From positions 420,405 to 484,404 of the forward strand of contig NMRA01000320.1 in assembly GCA_002633005.1 (NCBI GenBank): 64,000 nt of DNA, given 5' to 3'. The stretch is from Phoronis australis. Taxonomy: Eukaryota > Animalia > Phoronida. This document shows, in pieces, positions 11,131-24,043 of the stretch. The notes beneath the pieces were generated by a model. The model did no database searches, was not told where the DNA came from, and was given only the letters and a program-made list of their open reading frames with translations. A program made the translations under genes and the position numbers. Within the stretch, counting starts at the first letter, position 1, and each line of letters opens with the position of its first letter.

Positions 11131-13056
11131 CAGACAACTGAAAGGTTTGCGTTTCGAATCTCATTTGCGCTGCGCCAACAATTCTAAAAAAGTTTTCATT
11201 CTTAAACACCAAGAATATACCACTTATCTTTGCACATTCTTCGAAAAACTCTGTAAAATCTAAAGATAACCATAGAAATGGCCTAAAAGAAACATCATGG
11301 GAATGTAAAATACGCTACAACTTAGTGTTAACAGACCCATAGATTTCAGAAACGGTGTTTACATTGGAGACCATGGGTAGACTTGACTTTTGTCTCCTTT
11401 GTTGTTACTAACTTACGCATTTTATACGTCCCATGACGGCGACATCTCGTTGCTCCCAACTTGTTCGATTGTATAGCCCAACAACAAGTTGGGAAGTTTA
11501 CCCCCCGTAGCCAATTAACTCCATTCAGCTGGCGTTGATGGTTGGAGGGCCTGCGCTCTTTTGTTTGATAATTGCTCTAATCTCCGATCAGATCGTATCT
11601 AGCCTGACTGGGGTGGGCTGATAAAAATGAAAGTTAAGTTAAGCCAAATATTATCGCACGTTCAGCACCCTTCACGTCTGGAAAAGTTACTGAACGACAG
11701 GACGCTATAATGCACTGGCAACAGGTCTAATCCTCTTTTTATTGAGTAATTGTTAGATGTTAATTATGAACTGATGAACATTTGAAAATTTATGAATCGA
11801 CCAGTTAAATGAAGATGGAACTACCGGTGGACCTACAGTGAATGATCTGCCAGCGACTCCGGGTCCATGTGTTAGGGGAACTGCAGGTTCTGGGTCGCTG
11901 GTTCGATTAGCTTCTATATCTAGACGATACGAAACAGCTCTGAAAAAATGGCAGAATAAAATGAACCCCTCACAAAACATAAAATCACAATTACACTAAA
12001 TTCCTGTAAACAATTTCAATCTGCCCGACAAAACCGCAAAGCAATAAATTTTCACGAAAAGGCACCGCTGCATGAAAACATGCGACCCAAGAAAGCTTCT
12101 ATAGCGTTTTAATTTTTTCAGTCACAACATAACGTTGTGAGAAATTGACGCTGCAGTGAACATTGATACAGGTTGAAGTTCGGGAAAGTATAATTCGACA
12201 GCAGGGATCACCGAATTGTTTTAACGAGTTATAACTTGTAAGTCTTACCAGTCAAACCCTCAGATAAGAAATTGATTTCTTTGTGACAACATATTTTTAC
12301 CACATCGAAACGTTATGAATTTGTCCATTCAGCCCGAACGCACATCTGTTAAGAATCAGACCAGAGACGAATTAGGGTGACCCAGTTCATTGAAATTTGA
12401 GGTAGTGTTATTGGAAGAAAATTCTGAGAAAGAGTGCTTTCCATGGAAGGTCCTACAAATGGATCCACTTTTTTCCGAGTCTATTCTCTACTGAAATGAG
12501 TTGGTTTCCTAACTCAATCCCAGCATCGCGTCATACTCTATTACCCCCAGCTCGGGATAGCTCGAACACGCTAGTCAGTCCGTTTTGGCATTGTATAGAA
12601 TATAACAGAATACAGTAGGCCTATGCTTTCAGTTATCCGAAATATAATGAAAAATGTCAATTAGTATTTAAAACATTGAAAAAGTGTAACGTTGTTCAAA
12701 TCCAACAAAAACATATCGCTACCCGCCGTATACTCACAGACACAAGTATTACAGAAAGCAAAATTGGTTCCGCGCGAGTGGGTTTCATATGAGAAATAAT
12801 CGCAGCTGCAGTGCGTTCAAACGAGGTTGACTGGGTGACTGAGTCTCGACAACGAACTTAATAATCTACTTGTGTAATAAGCAATTTACACAAATTCAGA
12901 AGAGGGCAACCATTCACCTTGTTAGATTAACCCCGGTTGAATCGGTATCATACCGGTCACTGAAAGGTAATCTAAAGGATTTATCTCTTAATCGACCTCT
13001 CACAAACAATCCACGCACCCAGTCATCATATGTTCTTTGTTTACGGCAAGTCGAGT

Positions 13057-13210
13057 CAGGTCAAGACTTTGACCTGTTTGCACTGCAAGCTAAAAGCTGA
13101 TTGGTCGACTGTGACGTCATGTTAAAAACAACCAATCAGAATATCATTGGTAAGAAATTTTCTCCGGGTCATTTTCTGGTCATTTCGCTGAGTACGGCAG
13201 TTATTTATAA
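13057..13210 (+). promoter_or_regulatory. MYLIP proximal promoter: AGGTCA-n6-TGACCT inverted repeat, two CCAAT boxes flanking a CRE, TATA-like box
   Basis: CAGGTCAagacttTGACCTG 13057-13076; ATTGG 13100-13104; TGACGTCA 13112-13119; CCAAT 13132-13136; TATTTATAA 13202-13210; ATG at 13273. Confidence 0.55.
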
Positions 13211-13272
13211 GACATTTTCACAGACTGGTCTTTACATGAATTTGGCGAGACAACCTAGAGACACGAGGAAAG

Positions 13273-16200
13273 ATGCGGTGCTTCGTTTCCCAAGCTAATT
13301 CCGTAACATTTGAAGTAGAAATCGACAATAAAGCCGACGGACAACAGCTCCTAGACAAGGTATGCCTACGACCTACGTGAGCCCCGCACAGAATCAGCTG
13401 TCGAATTTCTTTGTTTGCATTCCCTGTAAAGAGTCGTGCAGTTTTCTTCGTTGTCATTCATAGTACCTTGACGTCTTGGCTGATGTTTGAGCTTGGTAGC
13501 CTACGCTGCACGTGCACTGGGGTTTGTAAACCAGATTGCTCGCATGCTGTCAGCTGTTAAACCGATTCATCTTGCAATCAGCTGAGCTGACATTCTTTGT
13601 TTAGGCCTAGGCTACCAATTTCAAAGATATTTGGCACTTTGCAACAGCTCGAGGTGATATTAGTAATAATACATGGTTGAATATTGTGATTTGCAATAGC
13701 TTTTGATTCGTGTTAAACTGTGCAATGATAAACATGTGTCAAAATTCAAGTTGCCGGTGCCGCGTGACTCAGAGAGTCTTGTGACTCGCCCACGCATTTC
13801 TTACGTTAACCACGACCACGCAAATCACATGATGCTGCTAAGCCTAGGACCATTGTTCTCTTTGCAGTTTGCAAATTTTAATATCAGAATGCAGTCATGC
13901 AGTCTCTTGTCGGCGCTTGCTGCACTTTAAACTAAGATCAAACAAGAATAGGATTTTGTCACAATTCTTCTTGTTATTTCCTATAGGTATGTGTTCAGCT
14001 TGGCATTATTGAAGAGGATTACTTCGGTCTGCAGTATGTTGGTAGTAAAGGTGAACTGCTTTGGCTTAACATGCGTAATCGCATCACACACCAGTTACCT
14101 GGCTCACAGCCCTACAGACTCCAGCTGAGGGTCAAGTTCTTTGTCCAGCCCCACCTGCTCCTCCAATCAACCACCAGGTAAGAAAATGTCACTGTCCACA
14201 TGTCTGAGTCCGACATGTGGGTCCGTAGAATGTCACTTGTTACCTGTGGATTTATAAGTGTTGTTTGTGTCATAAGGACTTACACCTAACTTGGTAACTA
14301 TCTAACTTTAAAGTTAGGATAATATTTTACTTTTATTTCACGCAAAATTGGGGGTGAACTCTGAATATTCTCACTGAAGTGCATATTTACATTTTAATTC
14401 ATTATTTCGTCGCAATATAGGTATTTTGAATGAAAAAACCTTATACTCTTGTATTACTGCAAAATCTTCAGAGACATGGACTTTAACATTTAGTATCATG
14501 TTTACCTGCGCATTGCTGTTTACACCTACAATGCATTGACATCAGGTTGTTGACTGCTCTGAGTACAGAGTTAATGTGAACTGTACTCACTGACACAGCT
14601 GTTATCAATGTTAGACCACTGATGATGCATGTAGGTCTGGCTTATCAATCAACTGTAGGCTCTTTGTAAACAAGACCCTGTAACAATACTTCTTGTTGTG
14701 CAAGGTTAGGTAGGCTAACTGGTTTTCACATAAACAAAACACTTGAGATCCTGGCTTAAGGTTTGAACTCCTCTGTTGTACCACAAGAAAAGATAATAGA
14801 TTATTAAGATTTGCAAATGCTCAGAGTTGTGAGTTATTCAATTTAAATTGGTTGGGGAGGAAGGTGTTAACTGGCACCAATGCAGTATTTACAGGGCTAA
14901 GAATTTTCCTCTGTAAGAAGATTTCCTCTTTTGGCTTCCATAAATTTCCTCTCATTTAATTTCCAGTTTCCTCTTTTTTGTCTCTTTTTTATCACTATTT
15001 CAACTTTATTTCATGCAAAAATGCTTATTTCACTAACATTTTACAACACAAAAAATATTTCTGTCACACAAGCCTATTTTGGAACGATAGATCACCTGGA
15101 AATTTTTCCTCTTTTTTGTCATTGGTCAATCCAATCTCTGCAGTAGTACGTAACAGTTCATTGTTGGGCAGTTTTCTTTTTGATGTAGCTAACACTAGAA
15201 CGATGTGCGCAAATTATCTTAATCTGAACACTCTGGCACTGTAAAGAGGCAGGTATCAAAATCAATATTAACAAGGGGTGTCTAAATGCACTAGATGCCC
15301 TGAATTCATATGCTGTTTGTTTACACAGCAGTTGTTATGTGAATACTAATGCCAGTTGCTCTAGGCACATTGCCTGTACCATTTTACTAGTTGTTTCAAG
15401 GTACCACTAATCAAAACTTAGGTGATGAAGCTTTGCAAGTGAGCAGAAACCTCAGCGTAGCACCAGCTCGCCAAATGTGACCAACTCACTAACTGAGACG
15501 TGTCAAAATTTCTAGTCACCAAATGGGAAATAACACCGCCAAAATAAGGAAACCCGACACAGGGTTGTGAAAGTCCTGGTCCCCACAAATGATCCATAGT
15601 TGACAATACTTGAATTGAAAATGAATGCGAATTTCTGAGCAAATGTCTCTTTCTGTCAAACTGCTTGAATACGGTAATCGTGAAAAATAATGTATATGCT
15701 CCTGCTGAGACTACCGTACCATCCCCTTGTGATAGTATCCTTATTTAAATGCATCCTGCCTGTTTGCTAGATCTCTGTGAAATTTTAGCTATGAATAGCA
15801 CAATGGATGGCTACCTCTTTTGGACGGATCAGCAATTTTATTTTTTACGTTTGCCTCTGAATCTTGAACGTTTGCTGACATGTTCTCATGTGAAATTCAG
15901 AAAATAGGTTTCTATTAAAGAGATGATAAGGTTGCTATTATGAATACTATAGCGCCTTGCAATTCTCTGATAGATTCAACTGATTCTGCATAACCAAGTG
16001 GCCATTTTTGAGTCCGTTTTTTATCGTCCACCTCTATCTGTCTAACTGCTCAGAGGGTCATTAAAAAATTGACAGATGTGATCATACTGACGAGAGCACG
16101 ACTGAGGTTAATATCCGGATGGTTCTGACTACTGTGGTGCCTTCTACTCCTATAGTGGCATTTTTTGCATCAGTGGCTGTATCTCCTAAACCTCCGTAAA

Positions 16201-19200
16201 GGATCTTTGTAAAATTTGGCAAATTTACTCAGGACTATGAACTTGACAACAGGTGTATTCTAGTGGCCATTTTTATGACACATTTTATTGCTCTGCATTG
16301 CTCTTGTTGAAAATAAACGTTCTGATGGCGTTTTTGGTTGTGTTGATAGGCCCCTTTTAAGTCCACCTGTGTAGAATGTTCACAGCTAGGAAGTTTGAGC
16401 CTTTCATTGATTTGAGCTCCAGTGCCATTCACGATCAGCAATGTACTAGGGTACCGTGGCACCATTTGAATTGCCAGTTTTGAAAGAAACCTGTTGTTTT
16501 CACNACTAACATTTTACAACACAAAAATTATTTCTGTCACACAAGCCTATTTTGGAACGATACATCACCTGGAAATTTTTCCTCTTTTTTGTCATTGGTC
16601 ATTCCAATCTCTGCAGTAGTATGTAACAGTTCATTGTTGGGCAGTTTTCTTTTTGATGTAGCTAACACTACAACGATTTGCGCAAATTATCTTAATCTGA
16701 ACGCTCTGGCACTGTAAAGAGCCAGGTATCAAAATCAATATTAACAAGGGGTGTCTAAATGCACTAGATGACCTGAATTCATATGCTGTTTGTTTACACA
16801 GCAGTTGTTATGTGAATACTAATGCCAGTTGCTCTAGGTACATTGCCTGTACCATTTTACTAGTTGTTTCAAGGTACCACTAAACCAAACTCAGGTGATG
16901 AAGCTTTGCAAGAGAGCAGATACCTCAGCGTAGCATCAGCTCGCCAAATGTGACCAACTCGCTAACTGAGACGTGTCAAAATTTCTAGGTCGCCAAATGG
17001 GAAATAACACCGCCAAAATAAGGAAACCCGACACAGGGTTGTGAAAGTCCTGGTCCCCACAAATGATCCATAGTTGACAATACTTGAATTGAAAATTAAT
17101 GCGAATTTCTGAGCAAATGTCTCTTTCTGTCAAACTGCTTGAATAATCGTGAAAAATAATGTATATGCTCCTGCTGAGATTACCGTACCATCCCCTTGTG
17201 ATAGTTTTCTTATTTAAATGCATCCTGCCTGTATCTCCTTAAGTGTTTGCTAGATCTCTGTGAAATTTTAGCTATGAATAGGACAATGGATGGCTACCTC
17301 TTTTGGACGGATCAGCAATTTTATTTTTTACGTTTGCCTCTGAATCTTGAATGTTTGCTGACATGTTCTCATGTGAAATTCAGAAAATAGGTTTCTATTA
17401 AAGAGATGATAAGGTTGCTATTATGAATACTATAGCGCCTTGCAATTCTCTGATAGATTCAACTGATTCTGCATAACCAAGTGGCCATTTTTGAGTCCGT
17501 TTTTTATCGTCCACCTCTATCTGTCTAACTGCTCAGAGGGTCATTAAAAAATTGACAGATGTGATCATACTGACGAGAGCACGACTGAGGTTAATATCCG
17601 GATGGTTCTGACTACTGAGACGCCTTCTACTCCTATAGTGGCATTTTTTGCATCAGTGGCTGTATCTCCTAAACCTCCGTGAAGGATCTTTGTAAAATTT
17701 GGCAAATTTACTCAGGACTATGAACTTGACAACAGGTGTATTCTAGTGGCCATTTTTATGACACATTTTATTGCTCTGCATTGCTCTTGTTGAAAATAAA
17801 CGTTCTGATGGCGTTTTTGGTTGTGTTGATAGGCCCCTTTTAAGTCCACCTGTGTAGAATGTTCACAGCTAGGAAGTTTGAGCCTTTCATTGATTTGAGC
17901 TCCAGTGCCATTCACGATCAGCAATGTACTAGGGTACCGTGGCACCATTTGAATTGCCAGTTTTGAAAGAAACCTGTTGTTTTCACAAAAATACAGTAGG
18001 TCTGTAAACACATTTTTATGATTTGTTTCCTTGTATTGGAGACAATGGAGTGGGTAGGACTACAGGTGTTTTTGTTCTTGTCAATAGTAATTAAACATGA
18101 AGTTTGCCAAAGTAGGGTATGGTATACATGTGCTGTATTCAGACCAACTTAACCTGGTAGTAAATCTTTCTGTTATGTAATTGTTAGAGTTCATACCCTC
18201 AGTTGTAACAGCTATAACCCCAGTTCCTGGTTTTAGTGACTGGTGGTCGGCACTGTCACTTTCTGATTCACCGGGTCACAAAAAACTCTTGTTAGATGAT
18301 CAAAAACAAGCGTTGATGTCAATTTTCAACCACCAGTAGCACATATTGCATACTCTATTCTGAAATCCATGTAATTATCCCAATTTTATCTTAACTAGGG
18401 GTCACTGAACTTCATTTAACTGGACTGATCAGGAAAGACAACGGTTGTAACAATCCAGGTCATTGCTCTGTTTGGTCATGTGACTGTTTACACTATATGG
18501 AAGCACTTGCTCTCAGGCATAAGTGGGAGTTCATTGACTTGAATTTCGTGTCCTGTCATGATGGGGTTATGTCATGTTTGTATGCACAAATGTGAAACTG
18601 TGCCATTGCTTCAAAAGAGTGCCCTTTTGTTTTGTTTTGTAATTGCATATTCAACTGTTAGAACATTGCTCTCCAGGTGTTACTCTACCTGTGTGTTTTT
18701 GACAATGTGAAATAGCACATAATTTGCTTTCAATTGAATGTATACATTGGGGAAGGGTATTTATTCAGTTTACCTGGCTTAACACCTCATTGCATGACAA
18801 TTGTCAGTCTGCATAAATTATCACGTTTAACCCTTGCAGTAGAGGGTTGATCAATACCTTAATTAATGGAATTCGAACTTCGAAGACCTGTTGAAATAGA
18901 AACCTTACTAATTTGAACAATCTGCAGGCCAATTCAGGTTTAAACACCTAGTTCCTTTGGTTCTAAGTACATGCCAATGCCCTGGATGCCTCGATTTTGG
19001 GGCTGAATATTGGCCCCCGTGATTCTTCTTAGAACGCTATTAAAAATAATGCGAAATTCCACTTATTTAGTGCTGCTTACACTTACAAAGTTGACACGGA
19101 TAAGCTGACACGGAACAAGTTATTCCAGTGTGTAAACGGACTGACACGGTGCAAATTGACATCGCGGTAACAAATTTTTTGCCACCTGTTAGTGAGGTTG

Positions 19201-22200
19201 AGCAATTTGCGCTTGAACATCTTGCGCCATGTCAATTATAAGTCATAACGCGAAACTGGGGCAAGGCAGAAAGGATCATCTCTATTGTGCTTACATTGAC
19301 CTTCATACGGGTTGTTTGTCTCTGCAACTCTTGTCATTTGTAAACCTGCGCATGTGCGATCCAGTCTCTCCTGCCTTGAGTTTCCATCTTGCAACGGTTA
19401 GTGAGTTGTGTGTAAACTGCCGCTTGACACGGGTCAACTTGCTCCGTGTCAGTTGCGCTGGGCCAAAAGTTGATGTCTAAACGGGACTTTTGATTGAAAA
19501 TTCTCCTCCAATAATTTAAACATATCCCTCGTTTAAAAGCAAGCCTTTCCAGTGTTTACAGCCTTGATATGCAGAACAGAATCTGGATTCGGACCTGGAC
19601 TGGTCCTAAATGCAGCTGTTCTCCACGTTATGCTGTAATTAGTGTATACACTCGTTTCTCTTATGATTTATCTAGATTATAGCATTTACACGCGGGTACC
19701 CACTAGTATCGTTTATGCTCATTTGACCCTAGCTATTATATAGTTTAGCGATTACGACAACTTTTCTTTTATTTCCAATTATATCTCTGTGTTATTCTCC
19801 ACCTCTATGTTTTCTGTTAAATTTAATGTCCTAGTAATAGCCCAACTAGCTAATGTTAATCTGTTCTGGGAAGGACCTTAAATGAAGCTTCTTGAATCTT
19901 GATCTAGTTTGTCAAAAGTGCAGGGATGATTACACAGTTTTGAATCAAGAAAGTCATTCATAAGAGTTCTGAGTTCACAACTTGACACCCCTACAACTTA
20001 GGTTAGTCCAATTCCAAGAAAAACATGGGTCTCAGTGCCTCACTGTGGTCTGCTCCAGGCAGTTGATCAGGCTACACTTAGAAACGAGCAAAAAGCATAA
20101 CAATCACCAGTAATGAGACGAGCTCATCTACAACTCAACTCACGCAGAACGGCACAACATGTTATAGAAATCAGTGACATTTCATGAGTCTGTGCAAAAA
20201 TAGTTTGACAAAGAGACATATGAAATGAAGCACAGTTTTCAAAATCAGAAATGGTCTGTTGGCATTGCTTTTGATACGCGATATTACATGATAATGCTAT
20301 GCTTTTTTCACCTGGATGTACCACATGTGGATATCAATGTTATCATAGTGTTAGTTTTGGTTACTCAAGTCGGTGCCGGGGGGGACTTGGTGGTGACTGG
20401 GGGGTTCCCTCAATCCAAAAATTTACCCTTCAGAAGATACATGCACCATCCCCCTAAGGTGTGTGAGGTCTCTGCATGCCCCCATATTTGCGCATAAGTC
20501 CAGTGAGTTAAGCACGATAACAGTGGGTGTGACGGAATACTCAAGTAACCTTTGGAAATAGTCCTGTTAAAATTCATGCGTGTCTCGACTGTATTGGCTT
20601 CCAATCCACTAAAGTATGTAGCTGTTCTTACAATTCATCCATTTGTAACTGCGTTTTGCAGGTAAACAAGTAAGTAGTACTCCATATCAGACTACAGCCC
20701 TTGTTCCATTTATGTTGACAGGAATCAGTTCTATCTCCACATCAAACTCGACTTCATGGAGAACAGGCTGAGAATGCCAGACCAGGATGCAGCAGTCAAC
20801 ATAGCATCTTTTATCGCACAGATTGAGTTGGGCAACCAACATGCTGGACTTTCAGTGGCCCATTACAAAGAAATATTCGGGTCAGCAATAATACAACCAG
20901 AGTTTTTTGCAAAACTAGAAAGGCGGCATAAGGAGCTACAAAACGTGAGCCGGGAGAGGGCTCAGTACCGTATGCTTCAGGAAGTGTCAGAACTTCCGGA
21001 TTTCGGTGTGGAGTACCACAAGACGAGACATATCTACAGTAACAAGGAGTTGTGGATTGGTGTCGGACCGGAAGGCATCTCTCTGTGTGACGCTGTAACA
21101 AACGCTGTGGAGAGGTAGGAAGTTTTTGAAGTTACTAATTGTTTACATTGAAGATTTAGTTTGAGACTGGAATGCTGTGCATTTTGCAATTGATTATGTG
21201 TTATTTTCATTCCATTCGGATGTTGTGTTATTGAGGCAAGTAACAGAGGGTTCAGTGGTATCCCTTGACACGAAGTCTGACAGATTTACTGTATAGATAA
21301 AATATGGTAGCTCTTAATTTTTTCAAAGGATATTTTCAGTCTTTCAGTTCCCCGATGTGGTGTGGATTCCATAATGTACACAATGAAAAATGAATAACAT
21401 TCTTTCTGTTTTGGCAAACAAAAGTGCACGTTTAAGAATTCTCTGTAGAAGATTTTTCAACATTTAGCAAAGTGCCTGGAGGACATTTATTCGTAGCAAA
21501 GAAAACTAATGACTACAATCAGTTGTTTTTTCGTTTTGGTTGTTCGCCAAGCACCAAAACCAACCACCTTTTCATTTTGTATTTTCAGAATTGATTACCC
21601 TACCATACAAGTGGCGACACATGCTGGCAAAAACTTCTATTTGAGTGTAGTGGATGAAGAAGGTGTGTTGCAAGATGTCGGCTTCAAACTAGTTTCCTCA
21701 ACAGCTGCCAATAGCCTCTATAGGTGTGTGACGGAGAAACATTCATTCTATCGCTGTGATACGGTGCGCAACGCAGTGTCGACGCAGTTTAGCCGGGACA
21801 TCAAAGGGACCCTTGCATCACTATTCAACGAGAATACCAGCCTGGGTATGTTGCATTCTGTGCATACAGAAAAAATTCGTAATGTAATATTCTGCACTTT
21901 TACTGGTTATAATTTCAAGCCTATTTATTACTTAAGGCTATGGAATATCGTATTTTTTTTTCTTACTGCCCAACTCTGATATTCACAGATTTTCTTTTAT
22001 AAGTCTCCATTCTTGACTAACGGTTATGTAAGATCCTCGAAAAATGACCAAATTTGGCAAACTTTGGAGCATCCTGTCTCAGAAATGGCTGAGCGGATTC
22101 ACATGAAACTTTCAGATATTATGCTTATGCACTGTTGTGGTTATAGATATCCAAACTTTCTGTAGGACATGATAGTCATCTACGGTAAGCTGATACTACA

Positions 22201-22664
22201 AGAGTGTGTTAATTTGTATTTGTGTGTTGTAATCGAATGAAACTAATGCATACATGTACATATACATATACCTATGCATTTACCTTTCAGGTAAGAAGTA
22301 CATGTTTGATATTCGATGGACCTGTCGAGAGGTCTATGACCACGCGCGGCGGAAGATTTACATAAGTGAACAGCAACATGATGCAGCATGTGCTGCCCCC
22401 TGTGGTGAAAGTATGGACATTTATGAGGACGGCACTGACGAAACTATGTGTATAGTGTGCATGGATGCTAACATCGATACTGTGTTCTGTCCATGCGGAC
22501 ATATTGTCTGCTGTGCTGCATGCGCTGGAAGACTGACGTCATGCCCGGTATGCAGGGCCGATATCGAGCGTGCTCAGCACGTGTACTTGCCAGGCTGTAT
22601 GTACATGCCAAAAGTTGATCTCAAGAGTTCATCAGATGTCGCTAGTGAAGCGTCATCAAGTTAA
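13273..22664 (+). CDS. MYLIP: E3 ubiquitin-protein ligase MYLIP/IDOL (FERM + C-terminal RING), ~433 aa
   Basis: Exons 13273-13359 ([29 protein letters not shown]), 13987-14177 ([33 protein letters not shown]...[13 protein letters not shown]), 20722-21114, 21589-21845 ([39 protein letters not shown]) and 22291-22664 ([40 protein letters not shown]...QHVYLP). All introns GT-AG and phases consistent; 1302 nt. Motifs match vertebrate MYLIP as I recall it. Confidence 0.95.
15032..17986. repeat. Apparent 1.47-kb tandem duplication (likely allelic contig overlap)
   Basis: 15032-16503 is repeated at 16505-17986 with scattered SNPs and indels; the junction is a single N at 16504. Confidence 0.85.
19068..19490. 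mobile_element. Degenerate MITE with imperfect TIRs (tttacac/gtgtaaac and ctgacacgg motifs; PIF/Harbinger-like)
   Basis: Left gctgacacggaacaagtt mirrors right aacttgctccgtgtcagt; multiple gtaaac/ttacac motifs. Confidence 0.5.
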
Positions 22665-23880
22665 AGTTGTTTAGTTTTAATTTAGTTGTTGACTAGTTTT
22701 AGTTGCAATTATCATGTATTGTAAATTGTGAATTGTAAAAGGCAGCAGGTTCTGACCTTTCAATGGTGCAGTGCAAATCAATGCAAAGTGTGTATATTAG
22801 GTCAAGCTTTAACATAATGAGGGCGATATCTCACATGATTGATAAAGTCGTGATTGTAATTAATAGTGAATGCGTTATGGCCTTGATGTTGAGTTGTTGA
22901 TTGTCCACGGAATTTTAAAAAATATTTTTCATAGTACAGTATAAGCATTTTGAAAATGGTGCTCTTTTTGTCATGCGCACATTGTGAGTCTTTACTATAA
23001 TTGATTTTAATTGAAAGTAAATACAATTCACCAATCATATGAGTAACTTATACATATGTTTACCATGGTAACCCTTATTTGGTGCTTTTAGGATAAGTTA
23101 CCTGAGGTATTGTTTTAAATACTGTAGTATTATTGTATTGGAATGGAGTAAAGGAAAATAAGTTGAGATTAAGAGTCTGAGAAACTGATTGATGTGAACA
23201 TTTTTATTGAATTTCAATAACATTCTCACGGATTTGCTTGGTTATAAAGGAAGGTGAAATTAGTAGCGGATAATTTAGTGTCCTCCTTATCAACCATGGT
23301 GTGGTCTGACAAGTGGTTAGTTTTGTACTATTCAACTGTTTTTGTCAACAAAAACTGCATTGGCAGAACAAAAAAATGCCACGTGCATGGATGTTTGGAG
23401 GACTTTGTGTAATTTTTACTTCAAAAGTTGTGCATCTTAGATCTGGCATTGGATTGACATGTTTTGTTAAGTTCTACTAGTTACTCATTTTATCTCACCT
23501 ATTGGAAGTATTCTGTGAATCATTGTGTGTGCAATCTTATTCAGTGTGTCGTGATACGGCAATTAGTTGTGAAATATGCTGCCATGTGTTGCATGTATAT
23601 AGAGTCCTTCATACCTACTGGGATTATAATACCTGTGCCCGTTTATGTCTGTGAATTACTCTGTGATGTATTTAAAGTTTGAAAATCTCGAACTTCAGGT
23701 AAACCCTGTCCATTGACAAAGTTGGTATCTTATTTGTTATAGGAGTTTGCTCACACAGGTACCTGTTTTGTAAGAGTCTATTGGCTTATGACTGATAAAT
23801 ATAAGTCTGTGGATGGCTTAGCCTGTTTCATACAAATCAGGCTAAGGCTGGAAGTCAAAATAAGTTGTCTACAACTTGAT

Positions 23881-24043
23881 GTCAAAAGACGTAAAATCGT
23901 AGTCTGCTTGAATAGACAGAAGACAACTTGTCAGGAGAAATGCAAAAAAAAATAAGAGAAAAACAGTGTCAAAAGACATACTGAAACCGTAGTCTGCTCG
24001 AATAGACAGAAGACAAATTGATAGGAGAAATGCAAAAAAAAAA
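23881..24043. repeat. Two-copy ~75-bp direct repeat
   Basis: gtcaaaagac...cgtagtctgct.gaatagacagaagacaa.ttg..aggagaaatgcaaaaaaa occurs at 23881 and 23968. Confidence 0.7.
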
